This document shows, piece by piece, positions 19,288-29,400 of a stretch of DNA of 64,000 nucleotides. The stretch is from Candidatus Spongiisociaceae bacterium (GTDB taxonomy: Bacteria; Actinomycetota; Acidimicrobiia; Spongiisociales; Spongiisociaceae), in assembly GCA_965202665.1 (NCBI GenBank), contig OZ241841.1, positions 1,440,001 through 1,504,000 of the forward strand. Reading direction: 5' to 3'. The notes under the pieces were generated by a model. The model searched no databases. It saw only the letters and a list, made by a program, of their open reading frames with translations, and had not been told where the DNA came from. The number at the start of each line of letters is the position of its first letter. Position 1 is the stretch's first letter. The position numbers and the translations under genes were made by a program.

Positions 19288-20067
19288 ATGTTGCTGGGCG
19301 CCCACGTTTCCGCCGACGATCCGTTGCGACGGGCCCGGGAGCGGGGGGCGGAACTAGTTCAGTTTTTCCTCGGCAATCCCCAGTCATGGAAGCAGGCCCC
19401 GCCCCGTTCCGACGCCGAACAGCTGCGGGCCTCGCCCATCCCCGTCTACGTGCACGCCCCCTATCTCATCAACGTGGCCAATCCTTCCAGCCGCATCCGC
19501 ATCCCCAGCCGGAAAATTCTGGCCCACACCCTGGCCGGGGCGGAGGCGATCGGCGCGGCGGGGGTGATAGTGCACGGCGGTCACGTAACCGACGGCGAAC
19601 ATCCCAAAGAAGGGTTCGACCGGTGGCGGAAAGCGTTGGAGCAAGTTGAGTCGGAGGTTCCGATCCTGATTGAAAACACGGCGGGAGGGGACGGGGCGCA
19701 GGCCCGTCGGCTGGATGTGCTGGCCGCCCTATGGGAGGTGATCGGCGACTACGGGCCGGGTTTCTGCTTGGACACCTGCCATGCTTGGGCGGGCGGCGAG
19801 CCGCTGGAGGGCCTGGCGGACCGGGTGCGGGCCGCCACCGGCCGCATCGACTTGGTGCATCTAAACGATTCCCGCGACCCGTTCGATTCCCGCCGCGACC
19901 GCCACGCCAACCTGGGCCAAGGCCAAATCCCGCCCGACCTGCTGGCGGAGGTGGTGCGGGAAGCCGGGGCCCCCGCCCTGGTCGAAACCCCGGGCGATGT
20001 CCCCGAACACCAAGCCGACCTGGCCTGGATGAGGAACCGTTTGGCCGCCGTCGCGCCGGGCGGTTAG
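19288..20067 (+). CDS. nfo: Endonuclease IV (AP endonuclease)
   Basis: [42 protein letters not shown]. Confidence 0.93.
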   Translation: MLLGAHVSADDPLRRARERGAELVQFFLGNPQSWKQAPPRSDAEQLRASPIPVYVHAPYLINVANPSSRIRIPSRKILAHTLAGAEAIGAAGVIVHGGHVTDGEHPKEGFDRWRKALEQVESEVPILIENTAGGDGAQARRLDVLAALWEVIGDYGPGFCLDTCHAWAGGEPLEGLADRVRAATGRIDLVHLNDSRDPFDSRRDRHANLGQGQIPPDLLAEVVREAGAPALVETPGDVPEHQADLAWMRNRLAAVAPGG

Positions 20068-20077
20068 TGTCGTCGCT

Positions 20078-20437
20078 ATGGAGAAGGTCAGGATTCCCCG
20101 TGATTGCGAGTTGGCTTACTCCACCTTGCGGGCAATAGAAAAAAGAGGCGGGTCAGTTCGAACCGGGGAGTTGAACGACGCCGTGTCGGAGATAACCGGC
20201 CTTACCGAAGAACAGTTGGCATCCGTTAACATCGAGTCGGTCAAGATGCAGATGGGTTGGGCGAGAAGCGGGCTCAAAACCTCCGGTCATCTGGACAACA
20301 GCCAGTGGGGCGTCTGGTCCCTCACGCAACTGGGCCGGGACCTGCTGGAACTTGAACCCGCCGAAGCCGAACGGCTGGCGAAAAAGGCGTGTGATTACGG
20401 TTGGGAAGTCCGGTTTGCGGCAAAGGCCCGCCGCTAG
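20078..20437 (+). CDS. Stand-alone Mrr N-terminal (winged-helix) domain protein
   Basis: TLRAIEKRGGS...MGWARSGLK..GHLDNSQWGVWSLTQLG matches the Mrr_N pattern; no catalytic domain. Confidence 0.75.
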   Translation: MEKVRIPRDCELAYSTLRAIEKRGGSVRTGELNDAVSEITGLTEEQLASVNIESVKMQMGWARSGLKTSGHLDNSQWGVWSLTQLGRDLLELEPAEAERLAKKACDYGWEVRFAAKARR

Positions 20438-20523
20438 GCACAGTCGGACCGCCGCTGGTTCCGAAAAGCCGCCAGATCTCGGCCTTAGGCGTAGGGCGTG
20501 TAGGGCGGGGGTTTGGGATTGAC

Positions 20524-20551
20524 TTGACAAATTGGGGGGGGGGGTTAGCGT
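20524..20551 (+). promoter_or_regulatory. Promoter of SLH gene 1: TTGACA, 16-bp spacer containing G11, TAGCGT
   Basis: ttgaca aatt G11 t tagcgt; poly-G at 20534-20544. Confidence 0.75.
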
Positions 20552-20635
20552 TTTTGCCCGTTCGTGTTGCGGCTGTTGGGTTGCCCGCTATGGCCGTGCG
20601 TAAGGATTTCCGGGCGTTTGGAAGGAGGCGTGGCA

Positions 20636-23600
20636 ATGGTACGCGTGTCGGGGAAGGTTTGGCTTGTGGGTTTGTTGGTGTTGGGTTTGATAGCGAGTTT
20701 GTTGGGTGCGGCTCCGCCGGGTGCGGTGGGGACGCATGGGGATGATGCGGATGTGGATTATGAGCCGTCGTATTCGGCCTGTGTGGGGGCGGCGACGGAG
20801 TCTTTCGGGTTTGAGGACACGGAAGGGTCGTTCGCGGAGGGGGCGATTGATTGTTTGGCGCATTATGGGATAACGACCGGACGGTCGGCGACCATGTTTG
20901 CTCCCAATGATTCGGTGTTGCGGTGGCAGATGGCCCTGTTTTTGGCGAGGGCGGCCGCGGCGGCGGGGATCGTGTTGGCGAACCCGGCTGCCGATCAGGG
21001 GTTTACGGATGTGGGGGCGGTGTCGGGGGAGGCCCGCAACGCCATCAACGGTTTAGCGGCGGCGGGAATCATGCCCGGCATGTCGCAGACCACGTTTTCG
21101 CCGAATGCGTCGGTGACGCGCGGTTCAATGGCTGTGTTGTTGGACGCTTTCCTGGCGCGGGCGACTCCGGGGGCGGGGGCGTTTGGGGGTGAGATTGAGA
21201 AGTATTCGGATGTGATGGTGGATAGTTCCGATGTTTTCAATGATATTAGTGGGGTGTCGTTGAATACTTATAATGCGATTTATCGTATTTATGAGGTGGG
21301 GGTGACGCAGGGGGTGGGGGATCATCAGTTCGGGCCGGGTCGTAATGTGACGCGGGCGCAGATGGCGGCCTTCATAACCCGGGCGTTTGCGCATACGGTG
21401 GCCCGTCCGGCGGGGGTGTCGATTCAGGCGGAGCGGGATTCGGTGTTGGGGGAGTCGTCGGTGCAGTTGATTGTGTCGGTGCGGGATGCGATGTTTCAGC
21501 CGGTGGTGGATGCGTCGGTGGATGTGTTCCGTTCCACCGACCCTGACAACGCTTTGAATGATGATGGCAGGTGTAATGCGGCCAGTGTTAGTCCGGTGGC
21601 TGGTATTGGCCGGGCGGCGTGTGAGGTGGATACGGGGGATGAAACGACGGACGCGGCGGGGGATGTCACCGCCTTGCAACTGCAGGTGTCGGATGCGGAT
21701 GTGACGGTGTGGGCGTGGACGGGGGACCGGGATGACAAGTTCGATTCCGATGACACCACCGCCGCCCAGTTGACCGTCGGGTTTTCCAAGGCGGCCAGCC
21801 AGCTGTTGGTTACTGACAATTTGGAGGAGGGGCAAACCCATCTGCAGTTCGGGGAGACGGCCACGCTGACGGTGCAGGTGGCTAATGAGGATGATGAGCC
21901 GGTGGCGGAGAAGGGGGTGGGGGTGAAGGTCGCCCAGGTTACTACCCCGGATGTGAGCAAGCCGACGGAGACCAACTCGTCCACCAACACCTATACCACT
22001 GATGCGTCGGGGAAGTTTCAGTTGTCGTTCACCCTGACTGATCCCAGTTCCGGTGATGATGAGGACGCTACGGTGGTGGTTACTTTGAGCGAACCGTCCT
22101 CCTATACCCTCCAAGACGAAGACGGGACCGCGTTCTCCTCCAAGACCTACACCTGGTCCGACGATACGGGGGTGCCCGCCATGTTGATGGTGTCGGCCCG
22201 CACCAACTTCGGGAAGGCGACCGATAAGTTGGCCGGGGCTGTGAACGCGGTTACCGCCACTTTGACCGACCAGTTCGGCAATCCGATTCGGGGCAAGAGC
22301 GTCAGTTTCTTCTCCGACACCCAGTGCACCCCGGAAGAGGGGGAGACGGAATGTTCCACGTTGGGGATTGGCGCAAAAATGACAGGCGTTTCCGCGGGGA
22401 CATCGAGCGGAAAGAGGGTTTTGACCGGGGAAGCCCGGTTTACGCGCACCACCAGAGGTGACGGCCGGGCCAGCCTCAACTACAACTACGATTCCACCGA
22501 CGGCGTAATCGAGTCCATCTGGGCCGTTTACACCTTCGCCGGGACTGAAGGGGTACGGGGCTTTGCGGATACCGTCGTTCAGTGCGGCGAGGACGGGGCG
22601 TTGGCGGCGGGGAGTTGCCGCCCGGCGGATGACCCGGAGGACGAAACAGCCCTCACCGCTGATCGCATCCACCATTATTGGGCGGAGGACCCGACCGGGG
22701 TTCCGTTCTTGGGGCGCATTCTGGTCAAAGACGTCGAAAACAACCAGCTGGTGGTGGCGGCGGGGGAACGGGTGATGCTGGTCGAATACGACTCCAACGA
22801 CCAGTTCACCGACTTGGAGGGTCCGGCGCTGATGTCCGAATTCGAAAAGGATTTGGGCGACAACGCCGACCCGGCGGCGGCTCATCTGCGGGTCGACACC
22901 TACCAGGAAGAGTCCGGCAAAGTGAGCGACCTGGTCCTCCGTCCGGAATGGGCCCGCTTGGACCACCCCGACGGGCAAAAAGAGGGCGCCGCCGCCTGGT
23001 TCGGGGCCGCCTTGGCGGTAGACAAAGGGGTGATGGTAGTGGGCGCTCCCCGTGACAATTTGAAAACGGTGGACCCGGACACCGGAGTGAATGATGTGGA
23101 CGCCGACGCAGATACGACCAACGACGCAACTGATGATTACATGGTGTCGGGCATGGTTTACATCTATCCGAACGGTATGGGAACAGAGGCCGGTAACATT
23201 GTCAAACTGTCTCCCCCCGCCACCTCAAACGCGCCCCCGGCCTGGTCGGCGCGCAACGGCTACTTCGGATGGGATGTGGACATCGACGATGACACGATCG
23301 TGGTCGGAACCAGAGTGGGCAAAGAAGTCTACATTTACGTGCGTAACAACGGAACGTGGGGTCCGGATCCCACCGCCACCCTTACCCGGACGGCTGATTT
23401 TCGTTTCGGCGAGGGGGTGGCCATCTCCGGCGATGGGAGCACCATTGCGGTGGCCATGACCAACGCGTGGGGCATCTTTGACCCCGATATCCCGGTGGGT
23501 TCGAACTCGGGGCGGCATAACGGGCGGGTGATCGTCTACGAAAAGCCCGGCGGGGGTTGGGCGGATGACAGCAACGCCGCCGACAACCCGCAACTGAAAG

Positions 23601-24322
23601 ATTCCAGCCACCCGGTCTTGCGCCAGCTGGTGCGGGCGGTGGCCCTTTCCAACGATGGTTCGGTGATTGTCAGCGGGATGTGCGAGTGGAGTTGGAGCGT
23701 TGGTTGCGAAGGGGCGGTCAATGTGCATGTCCGACCGGGCGCTTTTGGCACCTGGGTGGACGCGGCGAACGCCGATGCCACTTTGGTGGCTAAAGGCGGT
23801 CCGAAGGCGGCGCAGAGCATGGGCAAATACGTGGCCATCGACGACGACGGAAACACCATCGTCGCTTCCGGGAGTTTCCACGCCGGGTTTGCCAACGAGC
23901 CGGGCGTGGCTTACGTGTTCAACAAACCCTCCGGAGGCTGGTCGGCTTTGGACGAGCAAAACGACGCGGCGGTTGAGCTGAGCGCCTCCCGACCCCGGAT
24001 CGACGACGTGTTCGGCCAGTACATCGCCATTTCCAGCGACGGCTCGGAGATCGCGGCCGGTCGTCACTATCGGCAGGAAGGCGACTTCCGGGGTTCGGTG
24101 GCGGTGTTCAAAAAGCCCTCCGCCGGTGCCTGGGTCGACGATGCCTCCCCCGATGAGGAATATTTGGGGGATGCTCCCAACGCCCGGTTGGGCTGGCAAC
24201 CCGCCTTCGATCGGGAAGACGGCGCCCTTTACGCTGGGATATTCGACGACACCCGGCCTAAAGACAGGGTTTCCGGAAGCGTGTTGTGGTCCATTTACAA
24301 GATCGACCGTTTTGCCCCATAA
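20636..24322 (+). CDS. Large S-layer-homology (SLH) surface protein 1 with Ig-like stalk and C-terminal FG-GAP-like beta-propeller
   Basis: GGAGG RBS, signal peptide, three SLH motifs (FAPNDSVLRWQMALFL, FSPNASVTRGSMA, FGPGRNVTRAQMAAFI), repeats of type FG..VAISGDG.TIAV / VYIY..P..GW. Confidence 0.88.
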   Translation: MVRVSGKVWLVGLLVLGLIASLLGAAPPGAVGTHGDDADVDYEPSYSACVGAATESFGFEDTEGSFAEGAIDCLAHYGITTGRSATMFAPNDSVLRWQMALFLARAAAAAGIVLANPAADQGFTDVGAVSGEARNAINGLAAAGIMPGMSQTTFSPNASVTRGSMAVLLDAFLARATPGAGAFGGEIEKYSDVMVDSSDVFNDISGVSLNTYNAIYRIYEVGVTQGVGDHQFGPGRNVTRAQMAAFITRAFAHTVARPAGVSIQAERDSVLGESSVQLIVSVRDAMFQPVVDASVDVFRSTDPDNALNDDGRCNAASVSPVAGIGRAACEVDTGDETTDAAGDVTALQLQVSDADVTVWAWTGDRDDKFDSDDTTAAQLTVGFSKAASQLLVTDNLEEGQTHLQFGETATLTVQVANEDDEPVAEKGVGVKVAQVTTPDVSKPTETNSSTNTYTTDASGKFQLSFTLTDPSSGDDEDATVVVTLSEPSSYTLQDEDGTAFSSKTYTWSDDTGVPAMLMVSARTNFGKATDKLAGAVNAVTATLTDQFGNPIRGKSVSFFSDTQCTPEEGETECSTLGIGAKMTGVSAGTSSGKRVLTGEARFTRTTRGDGRASLNYNYDSTDGVIESIWAVYTFAGTEGVRGFADTVVQCGEDGALAAGSCRPADDPEDETALTADRIHHYWAEDPTGVPFLGRILVKDVENNQLVVAAGERVMLVEYDSNDQFTDLEGPALMSEFEKDLGDNADPAAAHLRVDTYQEESGKVSDLVLRPEWARLDHPDGQKEGAAAWFGAALAVDKGVMVVGAPRDNLKTVDPDTGVNDVDADADTTNDATDDYMVSGMVYIYPNGMGTEAGNIVKLSPPATSNAPPAWSARNGYFGWDVDIDDDTIVVGTRVGKEVYIYVRNNGTWGPDPTATLTRTADFRFGEGVAISGDGSTIAVAMTNAWGIFDPDIPVGSNSGRHNGRVIVYEKPGGGWADDSNAADNPQLKDSSHPVLRQLVRAVALSNDGSVIVSGMCEWSWSVGCEGAVNVHVRPGAFGTWVDAANADATLVAKGGPKAAQSMGKYVAIDDDGNTIVASGSFHAGFANEPGVAYVFNKPSGGWSALDEQNDAAVELSASRPRIDDVFGQYIAISSDGSEIAAGRHYRQEGDFRGSVAVFKKPSAGAWVDDASPDEEYLGDAPNARLGWQPAFDREDGALYAGIFDDTRPKDRVSGSVLWSIYKIDRFAP

Positions 24323-24346
24323 GCTGTTTCACGCAACCCAACACGC

Positions 24347-24386
24347 CAGGAAGCCCCCCCGCCCAAGCAGGGGGGCTTCCTGTTTT
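24347..24386 (+). terminator. Rho-independent terminator
   Basis: caggaagcccccc...ggggggcttcctg followed by tttt. Confidence 0.85.
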
Positions 24387-24425
24387 ACCCCCGATTCGGC
24401 GGGCGGTCGGGTTAAATTCGCTTTG

Positions 24426-24434
24426 TGGTATAAT
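24426..24434 (+). promoter_or_regulatory. Extended -10 promoter (TGnTATAAT)
   Basis: tggtataat upstream of the two-gene NTase cassette. Confidence 0.55.
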
Positions 24435-24604
24435 GCGGTGACCGGGTTGTTAGGGGACCCTGTGGTGAGAGTTTGGAGGTCGTGTTGGCGGCGACGGTAA
24501 TGCTATCTGATGATGTTCGGGATGGTTCTGTAGGCGTGTTTGATCCGTCGGGGTGGAACGGGGCGTGGCGGCGGTTGGGGTGGAATTTCTGTTGGCGGGA
24601 GGGC

Positions 24605-25261
24605 ATGGGGGAGACTTTTCCGCATTCTTCCCAGTTTTTGGACGGCCTGCCGGGGCGGGTGCGTGGTTACCTGCTGGCGCGGGGGGCGCCGGAGGAGGAG
24701 GCGGCTGAGGTGTCGGAGTGGGTGAGGCCGCAGTATGAAAAGCATCGTCAATGGAGGGAGCGTCCGCGTTTGAGTTACGAGGAGCGCACGAGGCGGTTGG
24801 GTCGTCCTCCTATGTTTCGCAGTACGTTTCAGGTGGTGCCGGAGTTGCCTGCGTTGATGCGCCGTCCGGATGGCCGGGGAGGTTCCCGGGATTTGGTGCA
24901 GTTCTCTAAAGACTGGGCTACTCAACCGGCGGATCGGATGACGATGATGGCCGATCCTCCGCCCGTCGGGACCGAAGTGGGGATTGCTTGCAGTATCGCG
25001 ACGGTGGTGCATGCGTTGTGCGATCTGGATGAGATGGTCCCGCCGGACTGGGTGTTTGAGTATCGGTCGCCGGAGACGATGTTGGTGTGGGGCATGCAGG
25101 CTTTGGACAGGGCAAGGTTGCGGAGGATGGTCATCGCCAAGTCGCCGCCTGCTTGCGAGTTTCATCGTGTCTTTTTCGAGCGGTCGTTTATAGAGGGCCC
25201 GTTGTGGATAAACACTCCCAGTATTAGTAGACCTGCCGAAAAGTCGGCTTCTGACCAGTGA
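24605..25261 (+). CDS. Hypothetical protein, putative antitoxin-like partner of the downstream nucleotidyltransferase
   Basis: GGAGG RBS before ATG 24605; C-terminal A.VVHALC...PPDWV...SPPA...HRVF pattern; overlaps the next gene (GTGA). Confidence 0.55.
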   Translation: MGETFPHSSQFLDGLPGRVRGYLLARGAPEEEAAEVSEWVRPQYEKHRQWRERPRLSYEERTRRLGRPPMFRSTFQVVPELPALMRRPDGRGGSRDLVQFSKDWATQPADRMTMMADPPPVGTEVGIACSIATVVHALCDLDEMVPPDWVFEYRSPETMLVWGMQALDRARLRRMVIAKSPPACEFHRVFFERSFIEGPLWINTPSISRPAEKSASDQ

Positions 25262-25923
25262 CGGAGATAACTTCCATCTCTGATCCTACTGATCTTAACG
25301 GGCCGCGTATACTCAGTTTGTTTAGACTGCTGGACGAGGTTCTGGAGGAACCTACCTCTATTTTAGTGGTCGGCGGGGCGGCTCTGGCGGTGCACTGGCA
25401 TGAACAGAATATCCGCCAGCGGTCAACGAGGGATATTGATTTCGCCCCTATTGCATACCATGATTTCCCGGAGCACAGTACTTACACGGTTGACATTGCT
25501 ACCCCGTCAATGCCTGCTCATATTATGAATGCATCTGAAATAATTGCTGAACGGGAAACCGTTGAACCCGATTGGTTGAACAATAAAGTTATAAATGTGA
25601 TGGCGCCGGATGTGGAATATGAACCGACGGAGATATTCTGCGGACACCGGCTGGATGTTTACCGTCCCAGTCTTAAAGTGCTGTTGGCTATGAAACTTAA
25701 GGCGAGGCGGGAAGCTAAAGACTTATCCGATGCCATTCAGTTGGCCCTTGAAACTGGTATAGATTCTACTGAGAAGATGTTGCTTTTGGTGGAGGATACT
25801 TTTGGGGAAGAGCATATTGCTTTTGATGTTCAAGATTTCATATCTGATGTGGAATACAGGTATCGGTTGTTGCACGGGCGGGAAAGCGGTGCTTTTTCTG
25901 AACGCGATTTCGGTTTGCAATGA
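25258..25923 (+). CDS. Pol-beta-like nucleotidyltransferase (DUF6036/AbiEii-like), putative toxin
   Basis: VVGGAAL...RSTRDIDF, PDWLN, LLAMKL.A.R..KDL.D; low GC. Confidence 0.78.
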   Translation: MTEITSISDPTDLNGPRILSLFRLLDEVLEEPTSILVVGGAALAVHWHEQNIRQRSTRDIDFAPIAYHDFPEHSTYTVDIATPSMPAHIMNASEIIAERETVEPDWLNNKVINVMAPDVEYEPTEIFCGHRLDVYRPSLKVLLAMKLKARREAKDLSDAIQLALETGIDSTEKMLLLVEDTFGEEHIAFDVQDFISDVEYRYRLLHGRESGAFSERDFGLQ

Positions 25924-26117
25924 GTTTGTCCGTCCGCCGGCGCCTCGGTCCAACCACCTTTACAAGAGGCTCCAGCCGGGTCGCAGGTTCCCGCCAGAGT
26001 TGCCAACCGCACCTAAACACAGCGGGCGGCAACATCCCCCAAGGCCTCAAAATGGCTAGGGAGGGGGCGGCCCTGCCCGCTGTGCCGAGCGACCGGCCAA
26101 GAATCACCAAAGCCGAT

Positions 26118-26170
26118 TTGACAGGGGGAGGCAGCAGCGTTTTTGTCATCGCGGCCGGTTGGTTGCCCGA
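26118..26170 (+). promoter_or_regulatory. Degenerate third copy of the SLH promoter/leader (spacer collapsed to 11 bp)
   Basis: gatttgaca gggggaggcag cagcgtttttg ... gcggccggttggttgcccg aligns with 20521-20587. Confidence 0.5.
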
Positions 26171-26356
26171 TCGGCGGTTGCAAGTTGATAGGCTTCGGGC
26201 GTTAGGAGTAAGGAGGAATGTTGATCCCCGACGGCCGGGAAGCCGGGAGGCCCCCCGCCCGCTTCGGGCAGGCGGCGGCGGCCAAGCGAGCGCCGGTTGC
26301 ACCGAACGGATGGTATGGCGCGCTCCGGGCGGATGCGTCGGGGGGCAGGGATTGAT

Positions 26357-26385
26357 TTGACAAAATAGGGGGGGGGGGGTAAGAT
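26357..26385 (+). promoter_or_regulatory. Promoter of SLH gene 2: TTGACA, 17-bp spacer containing G12, TAAGAT
   Basis: ttgaca aaata G12 taagat; poly-G at 26368-26379. Confidence 0.8.
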
Positions 26386-26470
26386 TTGGGGCGTTGGGTT
26401 GCGGCTGTACGGGTTGCACGCCGAGATCTGCGCGCAAGGATAATGCCTGGACTATAAGGAGGAAGAGATA

Positions 26471-29400
26471 ATGCCCCGCGTTGCGGAAAAGCGTTGGTTG
26501 ATACTGGTAGTGATGCTGGGCCTGGTGGCCGGGCTGTTGGGCGTTGACGACCAGCGGGCGGTTGCGACGCATGGGACGGACCCAGATGTGGATTTCGAGG
26601 CCACCTATTCGGCCTGCGTGGGAGCGGCCACCGACCCGGCGGGGTTTGAGGACACGGCGGGATCCTTTGCGGAGGACGCCATCAACTGCTTGGCCCATTT
26701 CGGGGTGACCCAGGGCCGCACCCCCACCACCTACGCCCCCAACGATTCGGTTTTGCGGTGGCAGATGGCCCTTTTCCTGGCCCGGGCGGCCGGTCCGGCG
26801 GGCATCGTGCTGGAAAACCCGGCCACCGACCAGGGCTTCACCGATGTCGGCGGCCTGTCCGACTCGGCCCGCAACGCCATCAACGGCTTGGCGGCGGCGG
26901 GGATAATGCCCGGGGCTACGGCTGCCACCTTCACTCCCAATCAGCCGGTGACCAGGGCTTCCATGGCAATGTTGATAGACGCTTTCCTCCGGGAGGCGCG
27001 TCCCGGAACCGGCGCTTTCGGGTCCGAAGCCTCCAAGTATTCGGAGGTGGTTTCGGACAGCAACGCGGTTTTCAACGACCTAACCGGGGTTTCCATCCTG
27101 GAATTCAACGCCATCGGACGTATTTACGAGTTGGGGATAACCAGGGGGGTGGGGGACCACCAGTTCGGTCCCCAAGGCTTTGTGACCCGGGCGCAGATGG
27201 CCGCCTTCATCACCCGGGCTTTGGCCCACACCGTCGCCCGCCCCGCCGGGGTGTCGGTGCAGATCTCCCAAGACACCGTCAAAGGAGCGGGGTCCTCGAC
27301 GGAGCTGTTGATTTCGGTGCGGGACGCCGCTTTCGAGCCGTTGGCTGATGCGACGGTGGATGTGTTCAGCTCCGCCGACGCTCCCGCCGCCTTCGCCTCC
27401 GACGGCTCCTGCGCCACCGGAAAAGTCACCGGGGTGATCGGCGCCTTCGCCTGCCAGGTGGACCGGAACGACGAGGTAACCGACATTACGGGGGATATCA
27501 CCGATTTGACTTTGGACAACATTTCCGCCGCCACCACGGTGTGGGCGTGGACCGGCGAGGTGGGTGACAAATACGGTTCTGAAACCGACGCCTCTTCGGC
27601 GACGGTCGGTTTCGTCAAAGCCCCGGCCAAGGTTTTGGTGTCGGACGATCTAAAATCCGACCAGCAGCTGTTATCGCTGGGCCAGACCATCAAATTCACG
27701 TTGCAGGTGGCGGATGAGGACGACAATCCGGCGACGGAGCCCGGATGGCGAATTCCCATTACCATCAGCGAAACCACTGGAGCCGGCGCGACGACCGGCA
27801 GTTCCTCCACTCATCTCACGGACGACCAAGGGCGGGTGGAATTGTCGTTTACCAAGACCGGAACCAGCGCCCCCGGGGAAACGGCCAAAGTGACCCTTCA
27901 GATCGGAGCCTCCGCCGCCGTCAGCGATGATGTGGCCGTCAAACCGGGAGTGTCCGGCAACTTGCCGGTGGTGGACATGACCACCAACAAAGTGGAGACC
28001 GTGGGTGATGACGCGGGCAAATACGTGGCTCGTTGGTCTGAAGAAGCCTCGGAGCCTACCACTTTGACCATCAGTCCCAACAATCCGTTTACTTTGGCTT
28101 CAGATACGGGTCGGGGGGCGGTCAACATGGTTACCGCCACTTTGACCGACCAGTACGGGGCGGGGGTGCGGGGGGCCAGAATCGCCTTCCGCTCCGATGA
28201 TCAGAACGGCGTCGGAGGCGCCGGCGACGGTCTCAACGTGACCATCTCCCGAGAGGCTCCACCGCGGGGAGGATTTAATGTTCATGCTATCGCTTTGGAG
28301 GTTTCCCCGGCCTTCATAACCACTGGGACATCCGAGGTGGAGTTTACCATCACCGCCCGCCGTACCTCCGGCGTTTCGGTCGGTTATGATTTACCGATCA
28401 ATTACGCTATCGATCTGGCCTATGGAGTCACCGCTACGCCCGAAGCCCTTTCCGGGGTTCTGGTCATTCCTAGAGATTATGTGAGCGGTTCCGTCGTCCA
28501 CCCGTCCATGACACTGTCCGTTCCGGAAGACGCGGTGGGTCTCAGTATATTCATCGGAAGAGTCGGTGCCTTGCCTACCGGGCCTCCCATCACCGTCGGT
28601 AGGACCCAAGTGGATATTGTGGAAGGCGAAGGCGGGGAAACGGTACATTCTGACATTGTTTCCCAAGGGGGTGTCCTGAAGATTGTTCCGTGTCAGTTCC
28701 CGAGGCTGGTGGGTAGCGATCTCCTGCCGGGAGGGGTGACTCCGGTGCGTTGTTTGACCGGTGAGCCCCGTAACAACAATTACCGTACCACCAATCGCTC
28801 CGGGAAGGCTATTTTCTCTTACAGTCGAGATGACGACAGCGGCGGTTTGGAAACCATCTGGGCTTCCTATCTGCTAAGAGACACCGGAGACATTACAGAA
28901 AGCTTGTTGTCTGACCGCCTCTACCACCCCTGGGCGGAGGAAACGGACGGGAACGTCAGCGGTCAAATTCTGGTGGCGGACGCCGACAACGATCAGGCGG
29001 TGATACTCTCCGGGTCGGGCTATGCTCCTCAGTTGGTCAAATACGACAGCAACGATCAGTTGAGTAGCTTGGACGGGTTGGACATCTACGCCAATTTTGA
29101 CAAGCACATGGGTCGGGTGGAAGGTGAGCGGTTACCCGGATATATGACGGTGGGGTCCTATTCGGGCACTGCTAGCGGAGTTAGCCAAATTTCCCTTTAT
29201 GGCCGATCCACCTATCAGCCCCCCAGGCACATCGCCGAGGCTATGGATGATAAAGCCGCCATAGCCGTCTCTGGCAACGGGGTGGTGGTGATCGGCGTTC
29301 CGGATAGAAATGCGGCGTACGTGTATAGCGGCCTTGGGGATCGCACACCGCAAACCTTGACCCTTAACAATCGTACCGTATCTGAGATAGATGATAACGG

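Noticed and set aside
25920-26360. 146-aa ORF between the NTase and SLH2
   Set aside because: No recognisable motif or coding-like composition; overlaps promoter-like elements.
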